Source: Raillietiella orientalis
Taxonomy: Eukaryota
Assembly (NCBI GenBank): GCA_036172245.1
Contig: JAYWIR010000012.1
Span: 310,001-374,000, forward strand
Length of the DNA: 64,000 bases
Reading direction: 5' to 3'
Shown: positions 9,951 through 22,700 of the stretch, piece by piece
Numbering within the stretch: position 1 is the stretch's first letter
Layout: each line of letters begins with the position of its first letter
Made by a program: the position numbers and the translations under genes
The notes under the pieces: model-generated
Told to the model about the DNA's origin: nothing
The model's input: the letters and a program-made list of their open reading frames with translations, nothing else
Database searches by the model: none

Positions 9951-12900
9951 ATACTGCTGGCTGGACACAGGAAACGAGGAACACGGAAGAAGCGAAACTG
10001 AAATTTTGGGTAGATGTTTACCTTGGACCTGGACATCAACTCCAGAGAAAGGAAGAAAATACATTTTTTACACGTTCTGGTACTCTAATTCTCCAAGTAT
10101 CCTCCAAACTCTTGTCTATTATGCAGTATGTGTCATCAATCCACTTTCCGTCTGCACACAAAAGACGCCAATAGCCATTCCATAAGGATTGGTCAAATCG
10201 AGTGGGAAAAAGAGTTTCCCTGATGAAATTGGAGTCAGTCGGATGTGTGCCATTCGTTGCCACTGGAAACGGAACTCTGTTCGGACTCCTCCTGGAGAGG
10301 CACTACCGCTGAATGCAGGACAGAAATATGGTAGTGGAAAACCGCCAGCATGCAAAGAGAACAAGACGCGAAATGTGTTGTCTTCATTCTTTCAATGATG
10401 CACCAAAGGAGGCGCGAGCGGGGGGAAGATGTTATTCGGCACTAAGGTCTGCGTTGAAATTGCTGAGATATGTAGCGCTCCGAAATTCTAAGAGCAGCAT
10501 TTGCGGATTCGTTGCTGCATCCACTGTGCAAAAGGGATATGGGTACACAACATACCCAAACCACTTCACGCAAGTGAGGAAACACCTAACATCTTGAAGA
10601 AAAGTAGGGAAAGTTGAAAAGGCAACTGGGCATAGACGATTAGATCATGCCCTCTGCAAGAACAAGGATTTCTTTCTTTTTTTTTTCCAATCGTAGAAGA
10701 ACAGCGATCAGAGAAGAACACACTACCCGAAGAATCTTTTCACGTGTGTGCAATATAGAGGGATCGTCCTAGCAGAAAAGAGCACGTTTCACTTGGATCT
10801 GCACGCTATACGGAACAGCACGCATGGAAAGTATCATGTCGTGTAGTTTCCCTCTCGCAAGCTCGCAAGAAGGAAGAGTGCGTTTGGAGAACCCGCCCCC
10901 AAGCAGTGATCTCGGACCACAGGGAAACTTTGCAACTGCTACGGTGCTAAACATTTTCTGTCACGGTGAACGATAACGCGGAAGCCGAAACCGGAAGCAC
11001 CAGGGAATTCGAGCCTCTTTCTCATGCGGCGTCTCCCTCAGGTTCTCCAAGCACGTTGAGCTGGACAATTTTTTTTTTTTTTGATGTTCTAGAAATCCCA
11101 CGAGGATAACGTCATGAAAATAAAAGTGTTCTATCACAACTTGCTGTTTGGAACTGTCAGCCTCTTCAGGGATGCGAATGCATCACGATTGTACCTATGG
11201 ACTTTCATGCTTCTCTCACAGAACCTCTACTCCCTCGGGAAGGGGTGGGGGTGGGGGGGTGGAATGACTGATGGAAGCAATCGCAAAATTTAAAGCTGTT
11301 TACTGCCTTCGCTTCTTTTTCGAGACCATTCACACAATTTCAATACGGAAGCACCCAGCTGGAAACAGGGTAAAGTAGAAAAGAAATTCCTGGTTGTTTA
11401 TGCAAGACGCAATAAGAAACCGACGAATCTTCCTCCTCCAAAAGAGAGAGAGAAGGAAAAAAATCCAAAATGCCTTTAAAACTAAGCCAGAAGTGGTCGA
11501 TGGTCGCGATGCTTTCAACGAAATGCACGCCCAGGGTATTCTTGTTGCAAAAGCGTTGCTGCCAAAGTGACGGAGGAATTTTCTTCCCCCTACCGACTGC
11601 CTATGCAGACGACCATCTATAACACTAATGAACGACCAGAGGCCCTCCGCCCTGCTGGAATCGAGGCCTTCAGGACTTGCAGCCACGGGAGCCGCTTTGC
11701 CATCGAGGCGAGCCCGGTTGAGGCTCACGGCGAACGCACGGAAAAGAACCGATTTGCGTGGCAGGTGACCATCCCTTGGCGGAGAAGATTCCAACCAACC
11801 CCGTTCGCGTCCCAGCGGGACCGAATTTTCGGTGCGGTGCGAATCGGTGATTTTCAAAATGGCACGTGGTTCACGGACAAAAAAAAAAAAATCACGCATG
11901 CCTGTTCACGTGTGTGCGCGAATCCACATTCTCGCATAGGAAAGCACTGGCTCCAAAAAAAAAAAAAAAAGTTCTGCTTACGGCGGCCATCTTGGTTGAT
12001 TTCGCTTTTCTCAGACGTCCTTTTATCCACCTACTCCTCCTCGTACCGATTCGTAGGCTTGGGAGGGTCCTCACGTGGCGCACATGGAAGGATTGCGATT
12101 CTTGATCCCTTTTTTCTTCGCTGCCAACCTTCTGGAAGGGGAGCCATTAACAAGTATTAACAAGTAAACTTGAAATGCCCGTTGGCGGACGATGAGGGTC
12201 GATGAGGTAAGGAACGGAGGGACGCTCTCCGCAGGTGCCCTCATTGTTCCTCAGGCCTCCCCGAACAGGAACCTGGACGCGCGCACCCCCCGTTCGAGAG
12301 GCTGTGCTTCTCGCGCATGGAGCGGTTTGCTCCCTGGTGCTCATCCTAGTGCCAAGGAGCAAACACGTTAGTGTCTCCTTCCGGATCCTTGCTACCATGT
12401 CTTTCAGCTGCACGGCCGGGAATGCACACATGAAAACGCGCTGGTGCTCAGCAAGCGCGCCGCCGACCTGAGGCGACCCGTCAGCGCGGGACCCACTTTC
12501 TTGTGGGTCCCGCGCTGACCCACGAGAAAGTCCAGTTTCGCCTGCTCGCGCGATCCTTCTGCCATTTTCTTCTACGGGTGCGCGTTGATCAGAGGCAGGG
12601 GGAGGACACCAGGTCGGTTTTCCGGAAGTGGGAGGAAGAGAGAGTGCATGCGAGCAGTCAACTGATCAGCACCTTCCTTATCATCGACGACCATCGCAGC
12701 TGAACCAAGTCCGGAGATTCAGCTGCTTTTTCTTGGATGCGAGGGATAAAGGAAACTCGATCGCAGCAAGGCTCTTGATGGAAGGATTTTGTTTTTTTTT
12801 TCTTCCACTCTGCCGATACGGTACTTGGGAGATGCAAAATACGGCGCAAAGCTATGATGAATACAGACCGGTGCGATCCGAACGTCATAAATATCGTGGT

Positions 12901-13259
12901 GGTTGCGTTTCAGCTCTCCCGACGTCTTGGCGAAATCCCGATCCATATTTTAAGAAAATGCCAGTTTCTTAGAAGCATGGATTAAATGGAGTGATTTCAG
13001 TCCTTGTGGTAAATTCTCCCGAGGAGGGTTGGATGCAGTTACACAGAAGAAACTTATGATTGAACCGTTGTTAATTCTCAGGTGCGAAAGAACACTGAAT
13101 GAACCCAAAGGTATGGAAGAAATGGTTGACCAAGGTCTTTTCTCCTTGATTGGGATGCTTCCAGCCTCACTGCAGAAAGCAATACCTAAATCTCATATGA
13201 AACGGTTTGGTGGAACGGAGTAACCGCATGGAAGCTCTTATTCTTCTGGATAAGAAGAA

Positions 13260-14260
13260 TATCAAAATCGCGTATGTAGAAACCTCGAAAGATCATTAAG
13301 ATCATTAAAATATATATTAAATATACAAACAAATATATATTAAATGTGCTTATTATATGTATTAGTAAATGCATTCCTATATAGACTGAGACAAAAATTT
13401 GTTTTAATATAGATATTTATTAATGTTTAACAAACGTATTAACATTAATAGTATTTAACACATGTATTTACTGGTACTTAGTAACAATATTATTAATATA
13501 ATTAGTAATATGTGTTAATATACTTGTTAATATATAAAACATAAATGTATACGTTTATTATATATATGTGAATAATAAATGTGTACTAAACCAATGTATA
13601 ATTATCGAATTACAAAAGAAACCGCGGTGACAAAAATAGCGGAAAAAAATGAAAAGGCAAAAAAGTTTAAGAAACCCCTCAAAAAAATTTGGTATTACGT
13701 TTTCCCATCATCTGTAACACTGAATAAGTGAAAATTTCTCAGGAAATGACGAATTCCATTTTCAGGATTTTGATCGCTTAATGAATATATATTTTTATAA
13801 TTCAATATCTACATATTCATTTCATATTTATTTATAATATGTATAAATGCATATTGACATATATAATAAACATATATATTTAGTTTTTATGATCTTCCCA
13901 ATATATATTAATAATATATATTATTACGTATCATTAATTCAATTAATATATATGTGTGTTAAAATAAGTTTGCACACGAGTCTATATACATACACACATA
14001 TATATATATGAATAATAGGAATATATATTTATTTTTTATAATCCCAAAGATATTAATCTATTATCAATTTATATACAATAAACATATCTATCTTGATATC
14101 TACAATAAATACACACACCTATTCATAATTTTAGTGATATATTAATTTATAATCTGAATGATAATAATTTATATTTGAATATATATATCTCAATATGCAT
14201 AATAAGCATATTCATTTCTTTTTTATGAACTTTCAAGATTTCGATGTTCGGGATTTTGGT
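13260..14260. mobile_element. AT-rich foldback/MULE-like non-autonomous element, copy 1
   Basis: AAAATCCCGAA-type termini in inverted orientation; shares a ~170-bp core (13630-13800) with copies 2 and 3; AT-rich inverted arms. Confidence 0.7.
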
Positions 14261-14269
14261 CGGCACTGA

Positions 14270-14760
14270 CAGTCCAAGATAAAACGACGTCGACGCCATG
14301 ATGATTTGGATGGTGAAACTGTGATCAGTAGTGAATGTTCCGTAAGACAACAAAAGGTTAGGCTTGACTGGAAGGAAATTCTTTGGCGCAGGCCGGAATT
14401 TACCGAGCTTCTGAATACAATGATGCCAAACAGATGCATCATCTTACAATTCCGGCAGGCAATCGTACTCAACTAGTGTTCATTCGGATCTGCTCCCTAC
14501 TGGTGTGTTCCGTCACCGGGAAACCATCTTGCCCATCTTTGTATGTATGATTCTTCTTGTGCATCTTTTGCAGGCTGTACTGACTCTCTCCTGGAGCTCA
14601 CCTGGAGCTTTCAAAGTCCGACACCGGAATACCCACCTGGCAGGGATACGTCCGATGTTGATGTTTCTCGTAGATGAAATAAAATAGCAGGAGACACAAG
14701 GAAGGAACTCCCTTCGATTGGATACGGAACGGAGCATTGCCGTGTTTATGTCTCTCAGGA
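14270..14760 (-). mobile_element. LINE apurinic-endonuclease relic
   Basis: NSG..RI.F and TDH (SDH-like) motifs; decayed. Confidence 0.4.
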
Positions 14761-14899
14761 GAGTTTCGCTAGATGACCCGAGAAATCAGTCGGTCCGAAC
14801 CAGATTGGAGGAAGAAAATCATGGCAGCAAAAATCCACACACCGCCACTGGAAGACCTGACCAACAGGTGAAACGAACTCCACTCTGCTAGGGGATCAA

Positions 14900-16738
14900 G
14901 GAACTTTATCGAAGATGAAACATTTCTGGTTGCAAGAATCGCTTGGCTCAGTTGCTTTTCCAATGTTTTGTGCAACCATGTTAAACAGATTCTGCAAGAA
15001 TGAAATTTCTTTTGTACATAATCTAAGAAAATGGAAGAAATCGTAGGTAGCAAAGCCTCAGCACGGCGAACCAAAAATCGCAACAGAGGTTGCGGCGGTC
15101 AGCCCCTGTGGTTCTGTCATCCAAGCACAAGCTCTCCGCGAAGAGCTCTCACACCGTAGAACCAAACCGATCGAGGTGACCAACTCTCCTCCTACGAATG
15201 CCAGGCAACGACCTACCACTAGAGCACTGCAACAGAAGACTGCGAGTGCTCTAAGCCCGTTCCACCTTGGCAGGTTCGTCCTGCCGGAGCGGGCCTCCAT
15301 TTGGAACACCTTCGTTGCCCCCCTCTTACGCCCCCTGCTTTTTGTTTGCCCGCCCCCCTACTCGGCCAAGCTCCAGGCGAGATGCCTGTTGAGAAACGCT
15401 TTGTGAGGACCCACGAGGTTCAGGATCCGCTTGAAAGACTTGGAGGCTCCACGTCGGGATGCCGGTTTAGGTATCCTGAAGCTGGAGAGAATCGAACTGC
15501 AGGTGCGGTTTCGAATGTTGGCCCTGTGCGCCAACCTTTGGTCCACTCCGTGGTGTGCTCCCGCGCGCCTGCTACTGCGGCGCCGCACCGGCAGCGATGG
15601 CCTTCTGTCGCTGCGGCCGCACACGGAGCGCCCCACGAGAAGCTTCGGTTTCCCCTTGAAACCGCTATACCGGCTCCTGGAAGCCCACACTTGGATCTTC
15701 TGCCGCCCAACGAACTTTAACGCCTGTTGGCAGGAACCGTTGTATGCCTGGGCAAGGCAACAGGATGTGTCCCGTTTGGAACTCCGTTGCGTGAACCTTT
15801 CTCCGTACTGTAGTACTATGGAGGAGGTCAGGAACAACCAGGAGAAGTGGACTCGCCTGGCCGTCACGTTCCTCGCCGAAGCGCTGTCAGGGCAAGTGAT
15901 GACAGCTGCCTACCGGTGAGTTGGGAGGTCGCCTGCACCATTGCAGGAGCAATCCGACCCATGGGCGGCTGGAGGACTAGCGAGCTGGCAGACTCCTTCG
16001 GTGGAGCGAACTTTTGAGTGTGCCCCCCGAAGAATTTGTGGTCCTTCCCTCTTGTTTGAACACTTCTGTGTTCCCCCTTTCTTGGAAATAGGAAGTCATC
16101 ATGCTGGTGCATTGGAGTTTTCACTCCAACCAGCGGACGAACCGTGTTTCCGGGGGAGTTGACTCCCCGAACTGTAAGCGGTGCGGGGAAGTGGAAACGC
16201 TCCCGCGCTTGCTCCTGGACTGCGGTGTCCTCCAAGGACTGTGACGGAGGCTGGCCTCAGCTCTCCTGATCCAGAGGGACACCGCAAGGGATTTGATGCG
16301 CCGCTTCACTCCAGGCGGCCTATTGTTAGGTGCGGTGGTCGCAACGGTCTGTTGCACCCGCGCCATTGACAAGGTCCACCGAGAGCGGGAGACGCAGGCG
16401 ATTCGTCGACAGGCCACCGGAATAGCCGACGATAACATGACGTCGGTTGCCGAGTGGGCCTATCTTCCAGAGGACGTTAGGAGCGAGATCACCGGCATCC
16501 ATAGCCGGTTCTGAAGGAAAGGAACGGCTAAACCAAAGACCCCTGTCCCCTACCCTCCCCAAATCTTTATTTCTATTTTTTATATGTGTATTTGTGGTCC
16601 CCTCCCTCGCGTTCCGGACTTTCCGTTTACCGACCTGCGTGTCGGGGAACCCTCCCTTCGTTTTTCTGTGTTCTTTGTCCGGGAACTCTGTTCCCGGATA
16701 GTTTAGCAATAAACGCCTCGGCGCACCCGGGTGGAAAA
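14900..16738 (+). mobile_element. L1/Tx1-like LINE family A, 3' portion
   Basis: ASIWNTFVAP, GLGIL, a CKRCGEVETLPRLLLDC CCHC-type finger and a 3' UTR ending AATAAACG-hairpin-GGGTG-A run; frameshifted. Confidence 0.75.
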
Positions 16739-16843
16739 AGAGCACTGCAATGTGACCGGATGGCAGCGAATTCTATTCTAAATCAAGCGAAACGGTCCAA
16801 ATGCTCGCCACGAGCCCTGAGTTCGCATCCTAGTACCATCAAC

Positions 16844-18078
16844 AAGCCATCGAACATACCCGTGTGGATGGAATTCTATCACGAATTGGGGAGCCCGCGA
16901 GTGGCAGGCAGGTACCATGTTGTTCAGCTGCACGCAAGCGGCGGCGAAGGTGAGCCGCAGCGAGCTGCCGCGGACACACCTGAGTGTTGTGTTTGTTTTC
17001 TTGGAGGAAGAGTCACTGCGGAAGCTGTGCCGATGCGTGAAGATTTGGGCTGTGGAAATGCACGACACACCGAGCAGGCGTAAGTGAAGTGCAGCAGCAT
17101 GCCGTTGGTTTCATCGAAGCGTTCCTCCTGTACGCGGGTCGCGTACCTCGTACTCCTGAGCCTTGTTCACCTCGGTAAGTGCAGTGTTTTCCGTTCCACC
17201 CTTCTGCCCCGCGGGCACCGGAATGCAGTGTCGGCCGAAAGCCTCCTTCGCCGCGTGTCTGTCTTCTGGCTGCAATGCACACATATGCTGGGCGTTCGAT
17301 TCGGGAGAGAACGGGATTTGCCAGCGTCGCACGCAGCAAAAAGCGTCCTCGTCCTCCCGGGCGTGTTTTCGTGTCGCCAAACACGACAAGCTCGCACGGT
17401 CTAGCCAAAGCCTGCGAGCTGCACGAGCCGACGCCGCCGTGTCGACGAAACCACGGATGCATGCATCACAACGGCAAAAGAGCAAAGGACACCCTTCTCC
17501 ATGGATGCACCACGTCTGCACGATTGAACATCACGATCGTCAGAAACCACTTGGCCACCGGACCCTGGGAGCGGCAAAGGCGCGCTTAGGAGGCATCCGG
17601 TCCTTGCTCACGTGCGCAGATACGGCCGTGTACATACATGCACATATGTGACCACGGCTCCGTTCTCTCTGCATCGCATGCATCTGGCCTCGAGGACGTG
17701 TAGAAGCTCACAAGGGAAGGTGTTGTCACCCCAGCAGCCAGAGCCTACTTCAGCAAAAACGTGCCGTACTTGGTCGTGCTGCGTGCAGGCATCTCGGATA
17801 CATCCACCGTTTGCAAACAAGCTGCTGTTGCTCTGGTGCAGCCAAGTCGGAGAGGGAACCATGGCCGGTTGCCTGAGGGAATCCGGAGATGATTCCAATC
17901 CGTCGCAAGTGGCAGATCATGCCAAGCAGAGCATCCCTCGTGTCTTTTGGCATCACTTTTGTGACCTCCCCCACCGTGGCTCTCTTCCAAAACCTCGGAG
18001 AGTGTGTCTTTCCAGCTTCGCCACAAAGAAGTCCAAGCATCTCCTACATCTCTCCGAAGAAAATAGTGGATATCGGCT
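16844..18078 (+). pseudogene. inverted partial duplicate of the Lachesin 5' end (255 bp upstream, exon 1, intron 1, first 63 bp of exon 2)
   Basis: Reverse complement of 1453-2687. One mismatch found over 16844-18016 and six in 18017-18078; truncated by a SINE-like repeat. Confidence 0.95.
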
Positions 18079-18480
18079 TCTCTCTCCCTCGTCGTTTCCT
18101 CCTCATCTCTTCCTTCCTCCCTTCTTTCTCTTTGTTCTCATTCTCTCCGGAGGGGCGACCCCCTGAGAGGGGTATCAACCAGCTCTACGGCACGGCTCCA
18201 TTCTCACAGCCGGAAGGGAATCCTGAAGGACTGTTTAATTTCTGGAAGGACCCCAGGGGATCACTTTCAATCTCAGTCGGTCAGCAGGGACATCCGATTT
18301 CTGGCTTCTACCAGTGCCACAACCGAACCATTACAAGGATGGTCAGGTCATTTTGCAGGGAGAATTCGAAACCCATGATGCACCCATTTCTCAGACAGCG
18401 ATCCTCTGAGTGGAGGGGGACTCGATCCAGCAAGGCGTGCTACCACGCGCCGAGACCGAAACAGCCTCCAACGCGGGGTC
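18079..18480 (-). mobile_element. tRNA-headed SINE-like repeat copy
   Basis: Homologous along its length to 58488-59050 and 27139-27537. Confidence 0.75.
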
Positions 18481-18646
18481 AGTGAGCATCAAAGCATCTA
18501 CGATCTGTTTTTATACGAGAAGTACATATTTGCAATGTATTTTCGATGTATTTGATGTATTTTATTGCTCGGCCATTGAATGCATTGAATTTCAAAGATG
18601 TTCTGGCATGTCTTTTTGAATACCCACAGTGGTCATCTTTGATTGT

Positions 18647-19600
18647 CATCCAGGTGCCCCTGGACGTTTATTTCATATATAAAAAAATAAACAATTACGA
18701 TGTCCGTTTTACCGGGAGCTGCCGGGTTACCAGTATGCAGACTGGTGAGGTCCACCACGGCAGCAAGAGCGGTGGGGAGCAAACAAAAGGAGAAAAAAAG
18801 AAACAAAAATAAATAAATAAATTTGGGGGGGAGGTGCGAAAAGGGGTCATATCCTGCTGGGGGAGGTCCTCTGCATTCTTCCAAGAATTCCGGCAAGCTC
18901 TTGCTGTACATATTTCTTCAGGTGGGGCCATCTCGTCGCCATCCTCAGGAAGCGTACGGCAAAGTGGATGTGGCACCCCTTTCGCTCGGTCCTCCTCTTG
19001 CGTGGCTTCAGGAAGCTACAATCCCGCGTAGACAGCAGAGTGCTGCTAGCGGGACCGCCGGCTGAAGAGGTCATACAACGTCCCTAAAGTTGCCTCAGGG
19101 GATTCCTAGGGTCGCGGTCAAGCGCTCCCAGAGGAGCCAGAGGGCAACAGAATTCACTAGCAGGTGCGAGAAGGATTCGCTCTCTCCACACCAGGAACAG
19201 CTTGGGTCCACACATACCCCGTGTCCAGTGATGCCGGAGGGTGCTGCATGGGAGGCCGAAGGCAATCTTTGAGAGCTTCAATCTTTATTGCACCCTCTGA
19301 GCTGTGGTCTCCATGAAAGCAAGAAACGAGAGGAAGCGGAAGTGCTCTTGCTGCCGTAAGTGACGGTCTACGTTATATCTATGCTCCATGGCAACGGCGT
19401 GTTGTAAACAGACCCAATTTATTTTGCTTCCCAAACCAAATCCGGTTTGCTCCATGGACGCGCGGCTACCTCTGCATCTCACCGCGAAATGGGACGAGTG
19501 GCCTTTCGTAGCTCATAGAGCCTACTCGAAGCTACTGAACAACTCTAGGGGCCTGATGTCTTCCTTGATAGGTCCACTGGAGAGTGGGTGAACATAGACC
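18647..19600 (-). mobile_element. LINE family A 3' portion
   Basis: LRMATRWPHL...ELAGILGRM C-terminus, 3' UTR hairpin at 18729-18746, AATAAACG terminal motif. Confidence 0.75.
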
Positions 19601-20670
19601 CCACTTGGAAAGGGAAACAGGCACTGATGAGGCTTCACTAATTCAAGATCGTGTCTAGGAGCAAGGAGGTCTGGGATGGAGAACTGGTCCTGGTGATACC
19701 CTACTTTGTTCCCGTTCCCAGGAAGACTTCAATCTGGATACATCAGAGGCGAAGATTGAGAATGGAGCATTGAGAACAGTTCGCCACCAGTGGGAACCCC
19801 CACCAAGCACGACTGTTTCGCCTCAGGCTACAAATGAAAGAGAGATTCAGTTATAGAACACGGGAGCTTTGGAAACAGCTGCCGCAACAGGCGTGGCTGC
19901 TGATGAACAAAGTCAACATCAAGGAAGAAACTCTGAAGAAACATCAAGATGACGACGCCCTCGATGCAGTCTCGAGACGCTACGGACTTGCGCACGAAAA
20001 CGTGCAGGTGGTGGGGACTGCAATCTGGAGGAGTGACCTTTCCCTGGACACCCAGGACAGCCTCCAGTTGTTCTATCAGAGGGATCCTAAGTGGTTCCAG
20101 ACTACGACACTGGAGCGGGAACATCCAGGACGGATTCTGCAAGGCGCGTAGAGCGGAAGAAACGCAGCTCCACTTGTTCATTCACGCTGCGTCCTGATTG
20201 GCAGACGGCGAAGGAGGTGACGGGTCTGCAGAGAAGCGAGAAGAGGAAATTCTGGAGGGCTTGTTTCAGAGGTACGGGAACGTTGCCCTGTACAACTCGA
20301 TGGTTCGAACCACTCTTGACCTCTTCAATCACAGCAACTGTGATCAGAAGGGCAAAGATGCACACATCTCGAAGAGGAGCCTTGGCATTGGATATCCTAA
20401 AAGGGCTGATGATGAAAGGGATTGAGAACAGGAATGAGGAAGGTCCAGCCTGGAAGTATCGCTACATCCTCAGTAAGATTGACGACTACGCAATGGAACA
20501 GCCTGCTCACCCTGAACACAAACTTCAAAAGTGAGGAAGTGGAAGTGAAGTGAAAGTGACGTGAAACGAACAGTGCAAGACCAGTGCAGTTGTTGTGGTA
20601 AAACATGGAAAGGACATAAAAGACTGATAGTTGTGTGTTAGAAGTTAAAAGTTTGTTTTAATAAATTCAT
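19600..20670 (+). mobile_element. second LINE family (B) C-terminal fragment
   Basis: VIRRAKM...ILKGL...W.Y.YIL..I shared with 33497-33685 (-); ends near an AATAAA at about 20660. Confidence 0.5.
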
Positions 20671-20749
20671 CACACTGCTTGTCGGACCTGGGGACAATCC
20701 AGTTCTCTTGAAAATTCTTCCAAGTCGGACCCTCTTCAGTTCTCCGCGA

Positions 20750-21550
20750 ATGAATGAAAAAACTTCATTTTAGGCTGAAGGCAGAGCAAAAGCCATTTTT
20801 TTCGTCGGATTTGGAAACGCTCCGTGGCGGATGCTGGCGTAGACATGGTGGCATGTCCCCTGCGTCATTGGTCTTCGCTTTGCACATCAACCCGATCGCT
20901 TTATGAGTCACTTCCTGGTAGGCAGTCCTTATCCCGAATGAAATCATGCGTGGATAGGAGCACATATGGCCATTGTACGTGGCGTGGGCTGTTGCAGGTT
21001 CCACCAAGGTTTCCATGTCGACTGCCAATAGGTGAGCCATGGGGCGCTCTTGGCAGCTCGAGGAAAACTGGGGCGCTTCGCAGACCGCCACTCGAATCGC
21101 GCAGTGGGCGTTTTGGGGTTTTCAGCGAAGTGGCTGGGTCCGCCTGTCCTCGTGCTCTTCCCAAAGGAGGGCTTCAGAATCGGGATGCTGGAACAGGATT
21201 GCCAAGTTCCACCTTGGAATCACCGTCGCCTTTGCGGATGATTTTCCGGGAAGCGATTGCTGGAGACCAGCACGTCTCACACACCCTTTGCCGTATATGC
21301 GGGTACCTCCCGTGGACCACCCTCGCTCGCGAGGTGTGCCGTGGGAACCGAGCGTCAGAAATGTCTTTTCAGAATCCACGCTTCAGACTCGTCTCTTGGA
21401 ATAGTGCAGAGAGTCCCAGGGGACGCAGGAACGTGCTGAGAATCGTTCGCGAAGGGGTGAGGGGAAACAGCCACACTGCTTGGCTGACCAAGCATCAGCC
21501 GAAGACTCACCACCGAACGAGAAGTGTCTGCTTCTGGATGCTAAAGAGGT
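20750..21550 (-). mobile_element. LINE reverse-transcriptase core relic
   Basis: LRPLGL (RPISL-like) and CQERPMAHLLAVDMETL (RQG.PLS.LL...E.L-like). Confidence 0.5.
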
Positions 21551-21703
21551 GTTCTTAGCGCCTAATGAGATCTAGTCATTCATGTGTATGTTAAATAGGT
21601 ATCTATCGGGCTAGTGGGTCGCTGGGATTAGATTAGGCTCAATGGATTAGGTAGAGTAGGTAGGTTAAGTCGGATTTTTTTTTTTAAGACCGCAGCCACA
21701 CGT

Positions 21704-22200
21704 ACGCGTTGGCGGTCGTGCGACGGGTGCGGTCTCCGCGAGTGGCATCGAGAGTCGCGGGTTCAGATCCCTCCCTGGGAAGAATCGACACCGAGAGAAA
21801 TGGGTTTCAAATCTTCCCCTCAAGATGACGCCGGTTGACCTCATGGCTTCGGGAGCGCACACAGGTGGAATTCGGAAGCCCGTTGAATGGTCGGGATTGG
21901 AAGCTGACCCACCAGAGTCCTTCCAGAGATCAAAGACCTTCCGGCTGTGAAAATGGAACCGTTTCTTCCCCTCAAGGGGTGATCCTCTCGTATCATGGAG
22001 CTGGTTGATACCCCACTCCGGGAGTAGCCTCTTCAGGGTGCAAGAAGCGCGCTGCTCCCTTCGGGGCATCACACTCTCTCTTCAGAGGAGCAAACCAAGG
22101 AGTCGTTTCCTTGAGCATTCCCTCCGAAGAAGAAATTCCAGGAGCATATCCTTTCCAGGTTCTCTTCGGAGGTGACCATGCCACTCAGGATAACCTACTC
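21704..22200 (+). mobile_element. tRNA-headed SINE-like repeat copy
   Basis: CGCGTTGGCGGTCGTG head, GGGTTCAGATCCC B-box-like motif, AGCTGGTTGATACCCC body. Confidence 0.75.
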
Positions 22201-22551
22201 GAGTCTGTGCTCTTGGTCTTTTGCAGAATTTCCAACCATTCCTTCGGGACTCGACAGAAAGCTTTCTTAACCATCTAGATCAACTCGCTCTGCTGAAGGA
22301 TTTCGAAGAGTTGCTCCATTCTGGCATCTTATCGACTCATGCTCTCCGGAGCCGAAAGACCACGCGGACGAAACCGCAGTCCACGGGGAGGGAAAATGGC
22401 GGAGGCGTCCCTCGCTCATTATTCTCGCTTGTTGCTGGGCACAGCGGCTCTCCGTCTGTTTCTCTGGGATCAGCGGATCGGACATGCCAGGATGAGAAAG
22501 CCGGAAGGAAGAGCGGACCGCCGAGTGCGAGGAAACTTTCTGGTGCCGCTA

Positions 22552-22700
22552 CCGGTGAGGACAGCCATGGACAGCAGTTAGGCCGGTAAGAACAGCCATG
22601 GACACCATCCAGGCCAATGATGACTTCCGTGGACAGCAGCCAGACCGGAGAGGACAACCATGGACAACATCCAGACCGGTAAGAACAGCCATGGACAGCC
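22552..22700. repeat. 31-bp minisatellite, about 5 units
   Basis: Units CCGGTRAGRACAGCCATGGACANCANCCAGR start at 22552, 22583, 22614, 22645 and 22676. Confidence 0.9.

Noticed and set aside
21600..21670. TTAGG-like telomeric repeat remnant
   Set aside because: Too short and degenerate to distinguish from low-complexity TE sequence
22552..22700. CRISPR-like array
   Set aside because: Units are contiguous with no unique spacers, there are no cas genes, and the context is eukaryotic
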